From positions 1-64,000 of IMG/VR virus record IMGVR_UViG_3300032314_000513: 64,000 nucleotides of DNA; one strand, 5' to 3'. The translations under genes and the position numbers were made by a program. The notes beneath the pieces are model-generated. The model had not been told where the DNA came from and did not search any database. It was given only the letters and a program-made list of their open reading frames with translations. Each line of letters opens with the position of its first letter. Position 1 is the first letter of the stretch. Source of the stretch: a virus (taxonomy: Duplodnaviria; Caudoviricetes). Of this stretch, positions 37,241 to 46,815 are shown one piece after another.

Positions 37241-37633
37241 ATGACAAATACAAAAAAAGTATTGTTATACGCAGGTGCTGTTATAGTAGGTTACCATTTA
37301 TGGAAATACTACAGTAAGCCTAAAAGCGTATTATTAAAAGGTTCTGATGCTGACACACCTGAAAAGGTAGAATATAGCACAGGAAAAGAAGGTATGTTAG
37401 GTTCTGATGGTTCTTTAGATACAATGATTAATTTAAAGAAACCCATCTATATTAGACCTCAAAATTCTATTCCTAATGTTTATGATAGAGGTATTGGACA
37501 ATTTATTAATGGTAGCGGTGGTTACATGAACGCAACAGGTTTTCATGAGAACTTAGCTACAGCTTGTAACGCTAAAACAGTTAAAAATTTAGGTGCTACA
37601 AAAATTGATATACCTATAATACCTCAAAACTAG
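37241..37633 (+). CDS. N-anchored membrane protein (MNATG)
   Basis: TM, then MLGSDG and YMNATGF. Confidence 0.7.
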   Translation: MTNTKKVLLYAGAVIVGYHLWKYYSKPKSVLLKGSDADTPEKVEYSTGKEGMLGSDGSLDTMINLKKPIYIRPQNSIPNVYDRGIGQFINGSGGYMNATGFHENLATACNAKTVKNLGATKIDIPIIPQN

Positions 37634-37636
37634 AAA

Positions 37637-37777
37637 ATGAATAAAACAACAAAATACATTTTAATTTATGCTGCAGTAGCAGGTGGAGTTTATTTACTTT
37701 ATAAACAATATCAAGTTATGCAAAATAAATTAGATGGAGATTCCGCTTTAAAAAAGTGGAACGCACAACACAATTAA
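37637..37777 (+). CDS. 46-aa TM protein (not in track)
   Basis: MNKTTKYILIYAAVAGGVYLLYKQYQVMQNKLDGDSALKKWNAQHN*. Confidence 0.65.
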   Translation: MNKTTKYILIYAAVAGGVYLLYKQYQVMQNKLDGDSALKKWNAQHN

Positions 37778-37787
37778 AATAAAAACA

Positions 37788-38024
37788 ATGGCAGAGGCAA
37801 AAGATATATTAGATAAAGTAAAACAATTAAAATCTAATTCTGAAAGCATGGCCTTAAAGAAAATGAAAGGAACTGTTTCAGGAGCATTGATTGGCATGGG
37901 TGGAGGCTTACTAATAGGATTTACAAGAGGCTATAGTTTAGTCTCTTCTGCGTTTGTAGGAGCTTTACTTGGTGGTGTTATATCTCAAGTTTTATTACCT
38001 AAATTAGATGATAATAATGAATAA
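37788..38024 (+). CDS. Gly-zipper 2-TM membrane protein
   Basis: GALIGMGGGLLIG...FVGALLGGVIS. Confidence 0.7.
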   Translation: MAEAKDILDKVKQLKSNSESMALKKMKGTVSGALIGMGGGLLIGFTRGYSLVSSAFVGALLGGVISQVLLPKLDDNNE

Positions 38025-38703
38025 TAAGTACATCAAAATGGCAGCTTTGGCTGCTATCGCAATAGGTGGTTATTTAGTGATTAAAAATTTACTAGGTAAA
38101 TCTGTTGGTACGCCTAAGCAAGTGGGTGATTCCGAAGCAGGAACAAGTAATGGTAAGGCTACAGTTTCTAATTATTTCCCTTTGGCTAAAGGTAGTAAAG
38201 GAGAAAAGGTTCGAGAACTACAGACTATTTTAGTAGGTATTGATGCAAACGCATTACCTAAATACGGTATTGATGGAGACTTTGGAAGTGAAACAGAAGC
38301 TGCTTTATTTAAGTATTTGAATAAGAAAAGTGTTGATAATCAAGAAGATATAGCTACTTTAAATTCTTTAAAGACTACCGCACAATCTAAAGCTTTAGCA
38401 TCTTCAATAAACGCTAATAGAAGTATAACTGCGAATGAAATTATCAATAATTGGAAGTTAAACAATACTAAAAGTGTTTATGCAGCGAACGACTTAGGAT
38501 ATGTTATAGGAGATTTATCAGCATCAGGCTTAGAATTAAACGCTGTAAACAAATACGCCAAGAAAGGTGATGTTATTGTTAATGGATTTGAAATTAAAGA
38601 TATGAAAGTACTACCTAGTGGATACATTATGGCTTCAATAGGTGTACTTGGCCTTGGGGGTAAATTTGCTAAATTTAGTCCTTTCGGTGTGATGATAAAT
38701 TAG
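38017..38703 (+). CDS. TM-anchored protein with peptidoglycan-binding domain (PG_binding_1-like)
   Basis: FPLAKGSKGEKVRELQ...YGIDGDFGSETEAAL. Start is 38017 or 38008. Confidence 0.75.
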   Translation: MNNKYIKMAALAAIAIGGYLVIKNLLGKSVGTPKQVGDSEAGTSNGKATVSNYFPLAKGSKGEKVRELQTILVGIDANALPKYGIDGDFGSETEAALFKYLNKKSVDNQEDIATLNSLKTTAQSKALASSINANRSITANEIINNWKLNNTKSVYAANDLGYVIGDLSASGLELNAVNKYAKKGDVIVNGFEIKDMKVLPSGYIMASIGVLGLGGKFAKFSPFGVMIN

Positions 38704-38731
38704 TAATTTTAAAGCAAAAAATAACCATAAA

Positions 38732-39022
38732 ATGGAAGAAGTGAATTTAGATAAAAAGCTTACTGCTAACCAACTTTTTAAAGAATATAAAGACGAGGGT
38801 GGCACATTGAATTTTTCAGATTGGTTGACTAGAGAAAAGACAAAAGGTATTTTCCCTATAAATTCTAATCTAAATCAAGAAGTAGGTAAAAAATTAACTG
38901 ATTTAAAACAAGAAGAAATGAATAAAACAGTTTTAGGTTTCCCTGTAAGCACCTTATTAATAGCAGGTGGAGTAATCATAGTAGCAATAGTTGCTGTTAA
39001 TGTATTAAAAAAGAAAGCATAA
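38732..39022 (+). CDS. C-anchored membrane protein
   Basis: LLIAGGVIIVAIVAVNVLKKKA. Confidence 0.7.
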   Translation: MEEVNLDKKLTANQLFKEYKDEGGTLNFSDWLTREKTKGIFPINSNLNQEVGKKLTDLKQEEMNKTVLGFPVSTLLIAGGVIIVAIVAVNVLKKKA

Positions 39023-39303
39023 TGAAAAAAGATAATTTTATTTGGTGGGTATTAGGTGGCGTTGGAGCTGTTGCTCTTTGGTATTATTATCAGAATAATA
39101 AAAAGAAAGTAACAACACAAGACTTAATAGTTGATGTTCTTAAAGAAGAGCAAGATAAGTATAGTACTCCTTTTAAGGCTGAGTACAATATAGTCATGCC
39201 TTCTGATTTAGTGTCAAAGAGAGTAAGAGAAAAAGGAGAACAATTAAGAGCAGGTAGATTTGAAATCCAACCTGATAAAGTACAAGCACCTTTATTTATA
39301 TAA
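39022..39303 (+). CDS. N-anchored membrane protein
   Basis: FIWWVLGGVGAVALWYYYQNNKKK. Confidence 0.7.
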   Translation: MKKDNFIWWVLGGVGAVALWYYYQNNKKKVTTQDLIVDVLKEEQDKYSTPFKAEYNIVMPSDLVSKRVREKGEQLRAGRFEIQPDKVQAPLFI

Positions 39304-39304
39304 G

Positions 39305-40111
39305 ATGCAGTACAAATTGTGGACAAGATATGAACCTGTAATGGTTAAAGTTGTGGTAAAAACAAATTCACCTCAACTTATTGTGTTAAAGGCATTTGAC
39401 CCAACACAAGCCAATACAGTTTTTATGGAAAGGGAAAAAACCATTGAAGGAGTACAAGAGTTGTATGTAAGGATGCCATTATCCCCTAGTTCAACTGCTC
39501 TATCAATTTATAATAAAAAAAATGGCAACTTACCAAAAGGTAAGGATAGTTCTTTTGAAGTAGTGGAAATTAAAAAAGAAGATTTGGACATTACCTTGGG
39601 TCAAACCAAAATGGACAATTCTTTAGTTAGGAATTTTGTTGCTTTTGCTCAGAAGTTTGCATTTAACGCAGGTTGGATACAAGCTCCAAAAGATTATATA
39701 AGTACAGTAGGTGCTTTTAAAATTGAATACTTACCTTATATAACAAACAACAAAACAAATGCAAAGATGGCTACACCTGCTCGTATAAGTACCAAGAATG
39801 GTCGTATACAAGTGTCTCAGGAAGCTTTCTTACCATTTACTATTCCTATGAGAATGGCAATATTATTACATGAGTTTAGCCATTTTTATTTGAATAGCGA
39901 TATTTCTAATGAGACTGAAGCGGATTTGAACGGACTTACAATTTATTTAGGATTGGGCTACCCTATCAAAGAGGCCTATTCTGCTTTTATAGATACCTTT
40001 ATTGGTTATCCTACAGAACAGAACAAAAGAAGATATGATATAATCAATAGGTTCATAAAGGACTATATTGAAGAATATAAAATAAAAGATGTCTACGCTG
40101 TAGGCGAATAA
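39305..40111 (+). CDS. Zinc metalloprotease-like protein (HExxH...ExEAD)
   Basis: MAILLHEFSHFYLNSDISNETEADLNG. ATG 39305 is preferred over TTG 39260. Confidence 0.7.
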   Translation: MQYKLWTRYEPVMVKVVVKTNSPQLIVLKAFDPTQANTVFMEREKTIEGVQELYVRMPLSPSSTALSIYNKKNGNLPKGKDSSFEVVEIKKEDLDITLGQTKMDNSLVRNFVAFAQKFAFNAGWIQAPKDYISTVGAFKIEYLPYITNNKTNAKMATPARISTKNGRIQVSQEAFLPFTIPMRMAILLHEFSHFYLNSDISNETEADLNGLTIYLGLGYPIKEAYSAFIDTFIGYPTEQNKRRYDIINRFIKDYIEEYKIKDVYAVGE

Positions 40112-40121
40112 AATTAAAGTT

Positions 40122-40649
40122 ATGGCAGATAAAGGTGCTTTACGAGTTTATACAGAATTACCACAATGGGCTAAAGGTGTTGTAGTCGTGGGTGGACTTG
40201 TTGTAGGTTACATAGCTGTTACTGCTATTTTAAGAAAGATAAAAGAAGCTAAAACTAAAGCAGAATCTTTAACAGAAGTTAACGATGCTACTAATGAATT
40301 ACAAACTGAAGTAAAAAATGGTAAAAGACCAACAATAGCTAAAACAACTGTTGAAGCAATGGCTAATGCAATTGTAGCAGCTTCAAATGATTGTGGAACA
40401 GATGAAGAAAAAATTTATTCTCAATTTGATAAAGTAAGTAATCAAGCAGATGTTTTATTATTGGTTCAAGTATTTGGTTTAAGACAAAAAGTAAGATGTC
40501 CTTTCTCAGATGACCCTAGAGAGTCTTTCTTCTCAGCAAATACACCTCCAATGTCATTATCAGCTATGTTAAATTCAGAATTGGATACAACACAGATGCA
40601 GACTTTGAACAATAAATTAGCAACAAAAGGAATTAAATATAAATTTTAA
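40122..40649 (+). CDS. Membrane protein with annexin-like GTDE repeat
   Basis: TM, then DCGTDEEKIYSQF..VSNQADVLLLVQVFG...LSAMLNSEL. Confidence 0.5.
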   Translation: MADKGALRVYTELPQWAKGVVVVGGLVVGYIAVTAILRKIKEAKTKAESLTEVNDATNELQTEVKNGKRPTIAKTTVEAMANAIVAASNDCGTDEEKIYSQFDKVSNQADVLLLVQVFGLRQKVRCPFSDDPRESFFSANTPPMSLSAMLNSELDTTQMQTLNNKLATKGIKYKF

Positions 40650-40652
40650 TAT

Positions 40653-41267
40653 ATGGCACTTTTTGAATCAGAAAAAAAGAGAGTAACAGAAGCAAGTAAT
40701 AGCTATGCACAGAAATATCCTTTAAGTGATAACATATCTAACTTACAAGCTAGTGTTAATGCGGCTAATGTAGATTTAGTTGGTTTAAGAAATGAACAAC
40801 CTGAAACTGCAGGAGGTAAGCGTGTAAGACAAAGAAACATTACTGCTTTATCTAATAGAATTATGCAGCTTCAAAATAAAATTAAAGATTTACAAAGCGG
40901 TATGAGTGGTAGTGATATTATTAAAATTGCTTATCCTTCTTTTGCTACTCTTCCAAAAGTTACTTCTCAAACTATTTTAGGAAGTACACCATATAGCTTT
41001 CAGATACCAATGTTGAATATGCCAAATAGCGTTAAAAATATAGCAAAATCAAAACCTGCATCAACTACAACTGATGCAACTGATTTAGCTGATAGTATTG
41101 CAAATAACGATGGTGTGCCTGTAGGTGGAGAAGCAAATGGTGCTAAAGGTGATTATCCACCTCCTTATGGAGTTCAAAATTCAGGAAGTAAATCAATATT
41201 ATTGTACGGTGGATTAGCAGTAATATTAGGTTTTACAGCTTATTATATGTTTATAAAGAAAAAATAA
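40653..41267 (+). CDS. C-anchored membrane protein, helical-hairpin paralog family
   Basis: KYPLSD...AGGKRVRQRNITAL is shared with the next gene. Confidence 0.7.
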   Translation: MALFESEKKRVTEASNSYAQKYPLSDNISNLQASVNAANVDLVGLRNEQPETAGGKRVRQRNITALSNRIMQLQNKIKDLQSGMSGSDIIKIAYPSFATLPKVTSQTILGSTPYSFQIPMLNMPNSVKNIAKSKPASTTTDATDLADSIANNDGVPVGGEANGAKGDYPPPYGVQNSGSKSILLYGGLAVILGFTAYYMFIKKK

Positions 41268-41271
41268 TTAT

Positions 41272-41736
41272 ATGGCAATATTAGGACCAACAGGTAAAAA
41301 AATAGCAATAGGGGCAGCAGTAGCAGGTGGTTTAACACTTGCAGGAATAGGTATTGCTAAAAACGCAGAGCAAAAAAGAGTTTTAGCGGCTGAAGATGAA
41401 ATGAAAAAGAAATATCCTTTCTCAGAAGATTGTCTTCAAATGCAACATATATATAAAACAGCAAAACTTACTTTGGCTCAATTAGAAGCTGAATCAGGTG
41501 GAGATGCAGGTGCTAAAAGAGTAAGAGCAAGAAATGCAGCAGCTTTAAAGAAAAGAATTTTAGAGCTTGAAAATTATATACCAAATTTAGATTGCTCAAA
41601 GGCGGTTTTAGCTCCTGATGGGTTACCACAAGCTTCACCTGCTCCTGCATCTAATATTACTAAATATTTGTTATATGGTGTTGCAGGTTTAATTTTATTG
41701 GTGGTATTTTCTAACTTAATGAAGAAAAAAGACTAG
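41272..41736 (+). CDS. Membrane protein, helical-hairpin paralog family
   Basis: KYPFSED...AGAKRVRARNAAAL. Both ends are hydrophobic. Confidence 0.7.
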   Translation: MAILGPTGKKIAIGAAVAGGLTLAGIGIAKNAEQKRVLAAEDEMKKKYPFSEDCLQMQHIYKTAKLTLAQLEAESGGDAGAKRVRARNAAALKKRILELENYIPNLDCSKAVLAPDGLPQASPAPASNITKYLLYGVAGLILLVVFSNLMKKKD

Positions 41737-41738
41737 TT

Positions 41739-42413
41739 ATGGCAATAGACATGATTGAAAATAATGAACTTGGTGCCCTTGCAAAAAGCAGATTAGGGGA
41801 TACTAAGCAGTTTACTGATGAAAACCAAAAGTTTAAAAACTTCTCAGGTAATGAGGAGGTTTTTCAAAGAGTAGACATAAATGAAGAGTTTGAAAACCTT
41901 TTTGGAAGTAAAACATTCAAAGACAATAAAGCAAAAGCTACTAAAGAAGCTGAAGATTTTGTCGCAGCTTTACCAAAAGGTAATTGTGATGATATTGAAA
42001 AAAGTTTAGAAAGACTTGCTTTATACATTGAAGCTCAAACTAAAGAATTGGGATTAGCTAAAGGTCATGTTACTGAATATCCTAAAAACAGATTAATAGT
42101 AGCTAGAAAAGCAGAAGCGAATTTAAAAATGGCACAATCTAATGCTGATTGTTTAAATATACAAGCTAAAGCACAATCTGAAGCTAAAAAAGCTGATTTG
42201 ATAAAGACTTTAACTAATGTTTCAGAAGCTAGTGTTCAACAAGCAAAAACAGACCTTTTTGGCACTCCTGTAGGCCAACCTTTGTACGCACCTGCTACAA
42301 GTGGTGAAGGGGCATTAAGTTCTGTGCAAAATGCACTTGGTTCTAATAAAAATTTATTAATTTACGGTGGAATTGGAGTAATTGCTCTAATTCTCTTATT
42401 AAGAAGAGACTAA
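41739..42413 (+). CDS. C-anchored membrane protein (NFSG)
   Basis: FKNFSGN, and LLIYGGIGVIALILLLRRD. Confidence 0.7.
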   Translation: MAIDMIENNELGALAKSRLGDTKQFTDENQKFKNFSGNEEVFQRVDINEEFENLFGSKTFKDNKAKATKEAEDFVAALPKGNCDDIEKSLERLALYIEAQTKELGLAKGHVTEYPKNRLIVARKAEANLKMAQSNADCLNIQAKAQSEAKKADLIKTLTNVSEASVQQAKTDLFGTPVGQPLYAPATSGEGALSSVQNALGSNKNLLIYGGIGVIALILLLRRD

Positions 42414-42415
42414 GA

Positions 42416-42907
42416 ATGAAATATTTAAAACCTGCATTGATAATTAGTGGATTAGGCGTAATTGGTTACGCCCTTTTCCGTTATTATAAGAAGCAAATAG
42501 ATTTTGTAAAAGATATTCAATACACCATTTCAGGGTTAAAAATTGTTAATATCGCTAAAGAAGATGTTACACTTGAAATATTTTTAAAAGTCTATAACGC
42601 ATCTAATGTCGAAGCTAAGGTTACTGAGATTTTTCTTGATGTAATTATGAATGGTACGAAAGTAGGTTCAATTAATGAATCAACTGAATTTACTATTAAG
42701 CCAACACAAACAACTGAGGTAAGCTATAAATTTAGCTTTAACCCTAGCTTGGTTATTAAAAATATTGTTAATATATTGACTTTGACTGTAGCATTGAAAG
42801 ATGTTGTAATAGTAGCAGATGGATATATGAAAGTAAAGAGTGGTTTTTTATCAACAACAATACCATTCACATATCAAAACACATTGAAAAATCTTTTAAA
42901 AAAATAA
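42416..42907 (+). CDS. TM-anchored LEA_2/WHy-like protein
   Basis: LEIFLKVYNASNVEAKV...DVIMNGTKVG...IKPTQTTEV. Confidence 0.65.
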   Translation: MKYLKPALIISGLGVIGYALFRYYKKQIDFVKDIQYTISGLKIVNIAKEDVTLEIFLKVYNASNVEAKVTEIFLDVIMNGTKVGSINESTEFTIKPTQTTEVSYKFSFNPSLVIKNIVNILTLTVALKDVVIVADGYMKVKSGFLSTTIPFTYQNTLKNLLKK

Positions 42908-42910
42908 GAA

Positions 42911-43186
42911 ATGGGAGCAACTAATATTTGGTCTAAAACAATTACTAATGATTCATTAACTGTATCAGCTAGTCAAAATGTAGTTAGAATATCAATTTTA
43001 GCTAGACAAGGACCTGTAACTCTTTTAGGTACAGCAACCTTTAATGGTGCTGCATCAGATTTAGTTACTTTTGCTACGGGCCAAGGTGTAACACTAACTG
43101 CAGCATCAACACAAAATCCAATTGATGGAGTATCTATAAATGTTGCAGGTGGTGGAATAGCAGATGTAGTATTATCTTATCAATAA
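42911..43186 (+). CDS. Small all-beta protein (vertex or fibre-base candidate)
   Basis: 91 aa with alternating beta pattern, located before the fibre genes. Confidence 0.45.
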   Translation: MGATNIWSKTITNDSLTVSASQNVVRISILARQGPVTLLGTATFNGAASDLVTFATGQGVTLTAASTQNPIDGVSINVAGGGIADVVLSYQ

Positions 43187-43215
43187 AAATATTAAAACAA
43201 AAAAAAATCATAAAA

Positions 43216-43614
43216 ATGGAAGAATTTATCCTATCGGAAACAAGAACAATTTTTAACAAAGCCATAAAAAGATTTGCAAAAGATAATAAGAAAGACCAAT
43301 TAGATGTGTCTTTCCTTTTGCGTTTGACTCCTGAACGAGAAGTTGGTTATATGTATTGTCAAGACCATGCTCCATTCAGGGAAACTAGTATTAAAGAGAT
43401 ACTAAATGTTAGAGCTTTTGATATGAAGGGATATACTGTTTTAGTTCCCCCTCAAATCAAAAAAATAATAGAGAATTTAGAATCTCAATTAAGCTCTACA
43501 AATGTTGAAGTTTGTGTATATCTTGATAGAGAAGATGAAGAAGAAATTCGTTATTTTGTATATCAAGATGGTAAATATATAAAGGAAGTTAATTTACTTG
43601 AATTGATTAAATAA
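43216..43614 (+). CDS. Hypothetical protein
   Basis: 132-aa ORF with aaaatcataaaaATG leader. Confidence 0.65.
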   Translation: MEEFILSETRTIFNKAIKRFAKDNKKDQLDVSFLLRLTPEREVGYMYCQDHAPFRETSIKEILNVRAFDMKGYTVLVPPQIKKIIENLESQLSSTNVEVCVYLDREDEEEIRYFVYQDGKYIKEVNLLELIK

Positions 43615-43620
43615 TTTGTA

Positions 43621-46600
43621 ATGAGTAGTACATTTTTAGGAGGAGATACTTTTAGTTTTATTAGTGGCGGTGCCGGTGGTGGCGGTGGAACTGATGGTTC
43701 TGCAGGTACATCAGGCGTATCAGGAACTTCAGGTACATCAGGTACTCTAGGTACTAGTGGTATAAGCTATGGCTCTAGTGGTACTAGTGGAACTAGTGCT
43801 TCTTCAGGTACTTCAGGCTCAACAGGTTTAACAGGTTCAAGCGGTACTTCAGGTGCAGGTGGTTCTAGTGGTACTTCAGGAAATTCAACTGCAGGTACTT
43901 CAGGTACAACAGGTTCAAGCGGTTCAAGTGGTTCAAGTGGTGTGAGTGGAACAAATGGTACAGCAGGTTCAAATGGTACATCAGGCTCTAGTGGAAATAA
44001 TGGCTCTAGTGGTACTTCAGGTGCTGCAGGGTCAAGCGGTAATAGTGGTACTAGTGGTGTCAATGGTACTAGTGGAACATCAGGTTCTACAGGTACATCA
44101 GGTTCTTCTGCCTCTTCAGGAACTTCAGGTTCTAGTGGTAGTGCAGGTACAACAGGTACGGATGGTAGTAATGGTACTTCAGGTTCAGCAGGTACTTCAG
44201 GTCGTGATGCAACTGCAGGAACAAGTGGTCGTGATGCGACTGCAGGAACAAGTGGTCGTGATGCGACTTCAGGTTTAGATGGTTCTTCAGGTACTTCAGG
44301 AATAGATGGTACAAATGGTTCTTCAGGTACTTCTGCATCAAGTGGAACTTCTGCAACTAGTGGAGCAAATGGTACTTCAGGTACAGATGGTACAAGTGGT
44401 ACTTCAGGTCGTGATGCAACTGCAGGTACTTCAGGACAAGATGCAACAGCAGGTACCTCAGGTTCTTCTGCAACAGCAGGAACTTCAGGTTCTTCTGCTT
44501 CTTCAGGTTCAAGTGGAACTAATGGTTCAAGCGGTACTTCAGGTACAACAGGCTCTTCAGGAACAGCAGGTTTATCAGGAGATAGATATAGAACGACCTC
44601 AAGTACTGAATTTACTTTATCAGGTTCAGGACAAATTACAATTACAATTGGTTTAGGCCTTTCTTACACAATAGGACAAGCTGTAACCATTGCTTACGAT
44701 ATTAACGACATTCAATTTGGTGATGTTGTATCTTATAATTCAAATAATGGAACTTTAGTATTTAATGCAACAACATTTACAGGTTCAGGAACATACAACT
44801 TTTGGACTGTAAACTTATCAGGTGCTGCAGGAGGAGATGGTTCTTCAGGTACTTCAGGTTCTTCAGGAACAAATGGTACTTCAGGTTCTTCAGGCACTAG
44901 TGGTACAAGTGCAAGTTCAGGTTCTAGCGGAACTACAGGAACAGATGGTTCTAGTGGTACAAGTGGAGTAGATGGTACTTCAGGTACTGATGGCTCTAGC
45001 GGTACTTCAGGCATTGATGGTACTTCAGGAACAGATGGTTCTAGTGGAACAGATGGTAGCTCAGGAACTTCAGGTTCTAGCGGAACTACAGGTACAGATG
45101 GTAGCTCAGGAACTTCAGGAACAGATGGTTCTAGTGGTACTTCAGGTACAGACGGAAGCTCAGGAACTGATGGTTCTTCAGGTACAACAGGTACAGATGG
45201 TTCAAGCGGAACAGATGGTAGCTCAGGTACAGATGGTAGCTCAGGAACTTCAGGAACTACAGGTACTACAGGTACTTCAGGTTCTTCAGGAACTAGTGGA
45301 ACTTCTGCAACTTCAGGTTCAAGTGGAACTTCAGGTACAGATGGTAGCTCAGGAACTTCAGGCTCATCAGGAACTACAGGTACCTCAGGAACTTCAGGTT
45401 CTTCAGGAACAGATGGTTCTAGTGGTACTTCAGGCTCTAGTGGAACAACAGGTACTTCAGGTACTTCTGCAACAGCAGGTTTATCAGGAGATAGATATAG
45501 AACAGCCTCTACAACTTCTGCAACTTTAGGAGTTAGTGGTACTATAACAATCGGTTTATCTTTAGCATACACCTCTGCTCAAACATTTATAATGACTTAT
45601 GATAGTTCAAACTATCAAATTTGTCAAGTAGTTACATATAATCCTTCAAATGGATTATTAACATATTCAGCACCTGTTACAGTTGTAGGTTCAGGTACTT
45701 ATGATGTATGGGTTGTTAACTTAGCAGGAGCTTCAGGAACTTCAGGTTCTTCAGGTACTTCTGCATCAAGTGGAACTTCAGGTACAACAGGTACTTCAGG
45801 TACGGATGGTAGTTCAGGAACTTCAGGTTCTTCAGGTACTTCAGGTTCAAGTGGAACTTCAGGTTCTTCAGCTACTTCAGGAACTTCTGCCTCTGCAGGA
45901 ACTAGTGGTAGTTCAGGAGCAGCAGGAGATAGATATGCTACTACTTCAGTAGAAACATTTACATTAGGAAATAGTGGTTCATTAACCGTATCTCCTAATT
46001 TATCATATACTGTAGGTCAATCAATTATTATAGCTTATGATATTAATAATTACCAAGAGTGTAATGTAGTATCTTATACAGCTGTTCCGGGTATATTATA
46101 TTTTGATGCTCCTACAATAACAGTAGGTAGTGGAGAATATAGCTCATGGGAAATTAACTTAAATGGTGCTACAGGTGGTGCAGGTTCAAGTGGAACTTCA
46201 GGTTCTGCAGGAACTTCAGGAACTACAGGAACAGATGGTTCATCAGGAACAAGTGGTACAAGTGGTACAGACGGAAGCTCAGGTACAACAGGTACTGATG
46301 GTTCTAGCGGTTCTTCAGGTACTTCAGGTGAATCAGGTTCTTCAGGAACGAGTGGTAGCACAGGAACTTCAGGAAGCTCAGGAACAAGTGGTTCTTCAGG
46401 TACTTCAGGAGTAAGTGGTGCTAGTGGAACTTCAGGTTCTTCAGGTACAGATGGTAGCAATGGCACAAGTGGTAGCTCAGGTTCAAGTGGTACTGATGGT
46501 AGTAATGGAACTAGTGGTACAACAGGTACTAGTGGAACAGATGGTTCTAGTGGTACTTCTGCTGCTGATGGAACAAGCGGTACTTCAGGAGAAAATGGTA

Positions 46601-46794
46601 CTTCAGGAACTACAGGAACAGATGGTTCAAGTGGTACTGATGGAAGTAGTGGAACTTCAGGCACAGCAGCAACAGCAGGTACAGCAGCAACTTCAGGATT
46701 ATCTACTTTAATGGCAGGAACAAGTGGAAGTACAATTACTATTCCACCTGCAGAAGCAACTACTAGTACAACAACAACTACTACAACAGTCTAA
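43621..46794 (+). CDS. Gly-X-Y (Ser/Thr-rich) collagen-like fibre with three internal beta-domains
   Basis: GTS/GSS/GTD triplets. Repeated GDRY.T.S...GSG.Y..W..NL.G domain at ~44570, ~45480 and ~45920. Confidence 0.8.
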   Translation: MSSTFLGGDTFSFISGGAGGGGGTDGSAGTSGVSGTSGTSGTLGTSGISYGSSGTSGTSASSGTSGSTGLTGSSGTSGAGGSSGTSGNSTAGTSGTTGSSGSSGSSGVSGTNGTAGSNGTSGSSGNNGSSGTSGAAGSSGNSGTSGVNGTSGTSGSTGTSGSSASSGTSGSSGSAGTTGTDGSNGTSGSAGTSGRDATAGTSGRDATAGTSGRDATSGLDGSSGTSGIDGTNGSSGTSASSGTSATSGANGTSGTDGTSGTSGRDATAGTSGQDATAGTSGSSATAGTSGSSASSGSSGTNGSSGTSGTTGSSGTAGLSGDRYRTTSSTEFTLSGSGQITITIGLGLSYTIGQAVTIAYDINDIQFGDVVSYNSNNGTLVFNATTFTGSGTYNFWTVNLSGAAGGDGSSGTSGSSGTNGTSGSSGTSGTSASSGSSGTTGTDGSSGTSGVDGTSGTDGSSGTSGIDGTSGTDGSSGTDGSSGTSGSSGTTGTDGSSGTSGTDGSSGTSGTDGSSGTDGSSGTTGTDGSSGTDGSSGTDGSSGTSGTTGTTGTSGSSGTSGTSATSGSSGTSGTDGSSGTSGSSGTTGTSGTSGSSGTDGSSGTSGSSGTTGTSGTSATAGLSGDRYRTASTTSATLGVSGTITIGLSLAYTSAQTFIMTYDSSNYQICQVVTYNPSNGLLTYSAPVTVVGSGTYDVWVVNLAGASGTSGSSGTSASSGTSGTTGTSGTDGSSGTSGSSGTSGSSGTSGSSATSGTSASAGTSGSSGAAGDRYATTSVETFTLGNSGSLTVSPNLSYTVGQSIIIAYDINNYQECNVVSYTAVPGILYFDAPTITVGSGEYSSWEINLNGATGGAGSSGTSGSAGTSGTTGTDGSSGTSGTSGTDGSSGTTGTDGSSGSSGTSGESGSSGTSGSTGTSGSSGTSGSSGTSGVSGASGTSGSSGTDGSNGTSGSSGSSGTDGSNGTSGTTGTSGTDGSSGTSAADGTSGTSGENGTSGTTGTDGSSGTDGSSGTSGTAATAGTAATSGLSTLMAGTSGSTITIPPAEATTSTTTTTTTV

Positions 46795-46815
46795 TAAAAT
46801 ATAAAATAAATATAA

